Assembly: GCA_046597055.1 (NCBI GenBank)
Contig: JBKJLC010000121.1
Span: 1-32,948, forward strand
Reading direction: 5' to 3'
Length of the DNA: 32,948 bases
From: Kofleriaceae bacterium
Lineage (GTDB): Bacteria; Myxococcota_A; Polyangia; Haliangiales; Haliangiaceae
The notes under the pieces are model-generated. The model had not been told where the DNA came from, did not search any database, and worked only from the letters and a program-made list of their open reading frames with translations. Each line of letters starts with the position of its first letter. Position 1 is the stretch's first letter. Below, piece after piece: positions 30,390 through 32,948 of this stretch. A program made the position numbers and the translations under genes.

Positions 30390-31784
30390 CTAGAACAGCA
30401 GCTGGACCTGGGCGCCGACGACGTAGTTGAAGATGTCGTGGGCGCGGTAGCGGTGACCGACCAGGTCGATCAGCGGCACGTGCAGCGGGTTGACCTCGCT
30501 GGTGCTGGGGGTGACCAGGTCGTCGTCTTCGATCTCGCAGCCGGTGGTCTGGCTGCCGCTGCACGCGGACAGGTCGATCCCGGCGTCGGTGAACGTGATC
30601 ACGTGCTCGGTCTCGGCGGTGAGCTCGAAGCCGGCGCTGATCCGGAAGCGGGGGCCGACCGAGAGCCGGGTCGCCAGGCGGGCGCCGGCCTCGAGGTAGT
30701 TCTCCACGTTGGTGACGCCGGGGTGATCGACGCCCTGGACGCCGGCGGTCAGCGGGTCGGCGTCGAGCACCAGCGGGCCGTCGCTCGCGGCGTCGCCGGC
30801 CATCGCGAAGACCTCCCACATCTCGGTGTGGGCGCGGCCCTCGAAGTGGGTGACCAGCCGGCTCGACAGCTCGATCGACAGGCGGGCGCCTTCGTCGCCC
30901 TGGTCGACGGCGTAGGCCTCGAAGCCGAACCGGGCGCCGCCCTGTTGCTGCGGCAGCGTGCTGCGCGCGCCGAAGCCGGGATCGGCGTAGGGCGAGTTGT
31001 CTTTGACGGCGAACGGGGCCAACCACCAGGCCTCGACGAACGGCTCGACCCAGCCGAGCCGGCGCGCCATCGAGGTCCACAGCCGCACCTCGTGCACGCC
31101 GCGGCCGATGCCGGTCGCGCTGCCCGGATCGGCCGAGACCATGTTGGCGACCTTGCCGGTGGCGAGGCGCAGCTCGGCGCCGAGCTTCCAGGTCGGCTTG
31201 GTGTCGTCGCGCTCCTGGTTCATCGCGGCCCAGGTCAGGCCGAGGTGGACCTGGTCGAGCCCGCTGCGGGTCGGGCCGCGGAACACGGTCGGGTCGTCGC
31301 CGGTGAAGCCGGCGCCGCCGTGCTGGCCATCGTAGCCGGCCATCTGGATCAGGTCGTCGGCCAGGGTCGACGACGACGCGCGGTTGACGCAGGTGCGGTC
31401 GTCGCCTTCGAAGTCACACGGGGTGTTGCGCTGGTCGAGCTCGAGCGTCCGGTTATCGGACAGCACCAGCGGCACCGCCAGGCCGAACGAGACGTCGTGG
31501 AACAGGCCCAGCTCGAGCCGCGGGATCACCGTGTGGCGGCTGCCAGCGAAGATCAGATCGGCGATGACCGGCACCGGGTCGAGCCGGGTGGTCCCGGGCG
31601 CGCCGGTTGCCTCGCGCCGGATCGCGCTGCGGCGGATGTCGAGCCGGTAGTCGACCGTCAGGATGAGGTCGAACCCGTCGTCGGGATCGAACGCGCTCGC
31701 GACGTCGGAGTGAGGGCCGGCGGCGGCGGTAGCAGGCACGGCGAGGCCGCTGACCGCGAGCACGAACGAGGCGAGCCGGCGCAA
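30390..31784 (-). CDS. Putative outer-membrane beta-barrel protein
   Basis: Signal peptide (M)RRLASFVLAVSGLAVPATAAA from TTG 31784, alternating beta strands, two Cys pairs, C-terminal YVVGAQVQLLF beta-signal; start uncertain. Confidence 0.7.
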   Translation of the reverse strand: MRRLASFVLAVSGLAVPATAAAGPHSDVASAFDPDDGFDLILTVDYRLDIRRSAIRREATGAPGTTRLDPVPVIADLIFAGSRHTVIPRLELGLFHDVSFGLAVPLVLSDNRTLELDQRNTPCDFEGDDRTCVNRASSSTLADDLIQMAGYDGQHGGAGFTGDDPTVFRGPTRSGLDQVHLGLTWAAMNQERDDTKPTWKLGAELRLATGKVANMVSADPGSATGIGRGVHEVRLWTSMARRLGWVEPFVEAWWLAPFAVKDNSPYADPGFGARSTLPQQQGGARFGFEAYAVDQGDEGARLSIELSSRLVTHFEGRAHTEMWEVFAMAGDAASDGPLVLDADPLTAGVQGVDHPGVTNVENYLEAGARLATRLSVGPRFRISAGFELTAETEHVITFTDAGIDLSACSGSQTTGCEIEDDDLVTPSTSEVNPLHVPLIDLVGHRYRAHDIFNYVVGAQVQLLF

Positions 31785-31883
31785 GATGGCGCACGTTACC
31801 AAGCGCCCCGTCGGCGAAGCAAGCCGGGGTGGTATCGGGCCGGCCACGGTTGCCCGGCGCCCGGCCGCGCCCAGAATGCTCGG

Positions 31884-32849
31884 ATGCGGTTCATCATCGT
31901 CGGTGCGGGTGCGATCGGGGGCACGCTGGGCGGGCGGCTGGCGCTGGCCGGCGCCGAGGTGGTGCTGGTCGCGCGCGGCGCGCAGCTCGCGGCGCTCCGG
32001 GCCGGTGGCTTGCGGCTGGAGGCACCCGACGGCGCCGTGACGGTCGCGGTGCCGGTGGTCGACACGCCGGGCGCGGTCGCCTGGCGCCCGGGCGACGTGG
32101 TGCTGCTCGCGGTGAAGAGCCAGGACGCGGCCGCTGCGCTGAGCGCGCTGGCCGCGGTCGCGCCGCCGACCACGCCGGTCGCGTGCCTGACCAACGGCCT
32201 CGAGGTCGAGCGGCTGGCGCTGCGCTGGTTCGCGGACGTGCACGGCGTGTGCGTGTTCCTGCCGGCGTCGGTGGGCGACGCGGGTGTGGTCCAGCAGTGG
32301 CTGGTGCCGGTGCGCGGGGCGCTCGAGGTCGGGCGTTATCCCGACGGCGCGACGGCGGTCGACGACGAGCTGGCCGCGTGGTTCGCGCGGGCGGGATGTT
32401 CGGCGGTCGTGCGGACCGACGTGATGCGATGGAAGCGCGGCAAGCTGGTCAGCAACGTCGGCAACGCGGTCGAGGCGCTGTGCGGCGGCGCCGCCGATGA
32501 CAGCGAGCTGATGCGGCGCGCGGAGGCGGAGGCGCACGCGTGCTTCGCCGCCGCCGGGCTGAGCGTGCCGAGCGAGGCCGAGACCGCGGCGCGGTGGGCG
32601 GGGCTGGTGCTCGGGCAGATCGCGGGGCGCGAGCGCGAGGGCGGGTCGACGTGGCAGAGCCTCGCGCGCGGGGTCGGGTCGGCGGAGGGGGACTATCTGA
32701 ACGGAGAGGTAGCGCTGCTCGGGCGGATGGTCGGGGTGGCGACGCCGGTGAACGCGCTGCTGCAGCGGAGGATCGCCGCGGCGGCGCGGGGCGGGGCGAG
32801 GCCGGGGAGCGTGAGGAGCGAGGCGCTGGCGGCGGAGCTGGCGGGGTAG
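31884..32849 (+). CDS. Ketopantoate reductase (ApbA/PanE) family oxidoreductase
   Basis: MRFIIVGAGAIGG, LVARG, LLAVKSQD, LTNG, WKRGKLVSN, STWQSL..EGDYLNGEV. Confidence 0.88.
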   Translation: MRFIIVGAGAIGGTLGGRLALAGAEVVLVARGAQLAALRAGGLRLEAPDGAVTVAVPVVDTPGAVAWRPGDVVLLAVKSQDAAAALSALAAVAPPTTPVACLTNGLEVERLALRWFADVHGVCVFLPASVGDAGVVQQWLVPVRGALEVGRYPDGATAVDDELAAWFARAGCSAVVRTDVMRWKRGKLVSNVGNAVEALCGGAADDSELMRRAEAEAHACFAAAGLSVPSEAETAARWAGLVLGQIAGREREGGSTWQSLARGVGSAEGDYLNGEVALLGRMVGVATPVNALLQRRIAAAARGGARPGSVRSEALAAELAG

Positions 32850-32858
32850 GCGCGGGCG

Positions 32859-32948
32859 GAGCGGGAGCGGGAGCGGGAGCGGGAGCGGGAGCGGGAGCGG
32901 GAGCGGGAGCGGGAGCGGGAGCGGGAGCGGGAGCGGGAGCGGGAGCGG
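32859..32948 (+). repeat. (GAGCGG)15 simple repeat running to the window end
   Basis: 90 nt of perfect hexamer starting 10 nt after the stop at 32849. Confidence 0.97.

Noticed and set aside
30048..32849. 933-aa and 715-aa overlapping ORFs
   Set aside because: Each joins a real gene to the shadow of its divergent neighbour; real starts are 31884 (+) and about 31784 (-)

Overview
High-GC window, probably from a myxobacterium (inferred from the ECF/TPR anti-sigma module, DUF1552/DUF1592 operon, MXAN_5808-like S41 protease and plesiocin-type peptide cluster). Most long ORFs in the supplied track are GC-rich shadow frames; about 29 plausible genes remain after start correction. In order: an ECF sigma/anti-sigma surface module (minus), a DUF1552 + duplicated cytochrome c + DUF1592 operon (plus), a divergent envelope-glycosylation locus (three GT-C glycosyltransferases and a Thr-type sulfatase-fold enzyme), YkgJ, DJ-1/PfpI, S41 protease, rpoH-family sigma-rsmI-M16 peptidase, a graspetide cluster, a copZ-copA-csoR operon, an outer-membrane protein and a ketopantoate reductase-like gene ending in a (GAGCGG)n tract. 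The main find is the plesiocin-type (group 2) graspetide cluster at 25729-27341: an ATP-grasp ligase plus two 77-aa precursors hidden inside longer called ORFs. They carry LFIEDL leaders and seven non-identical TTxxxxE[ED] cores, and each sits behind its own copy of a variant sigma54-like promoter. An uncalled 44-aa precursor-like ORF converges on the ligase. Many operon-first genes look leaderless.
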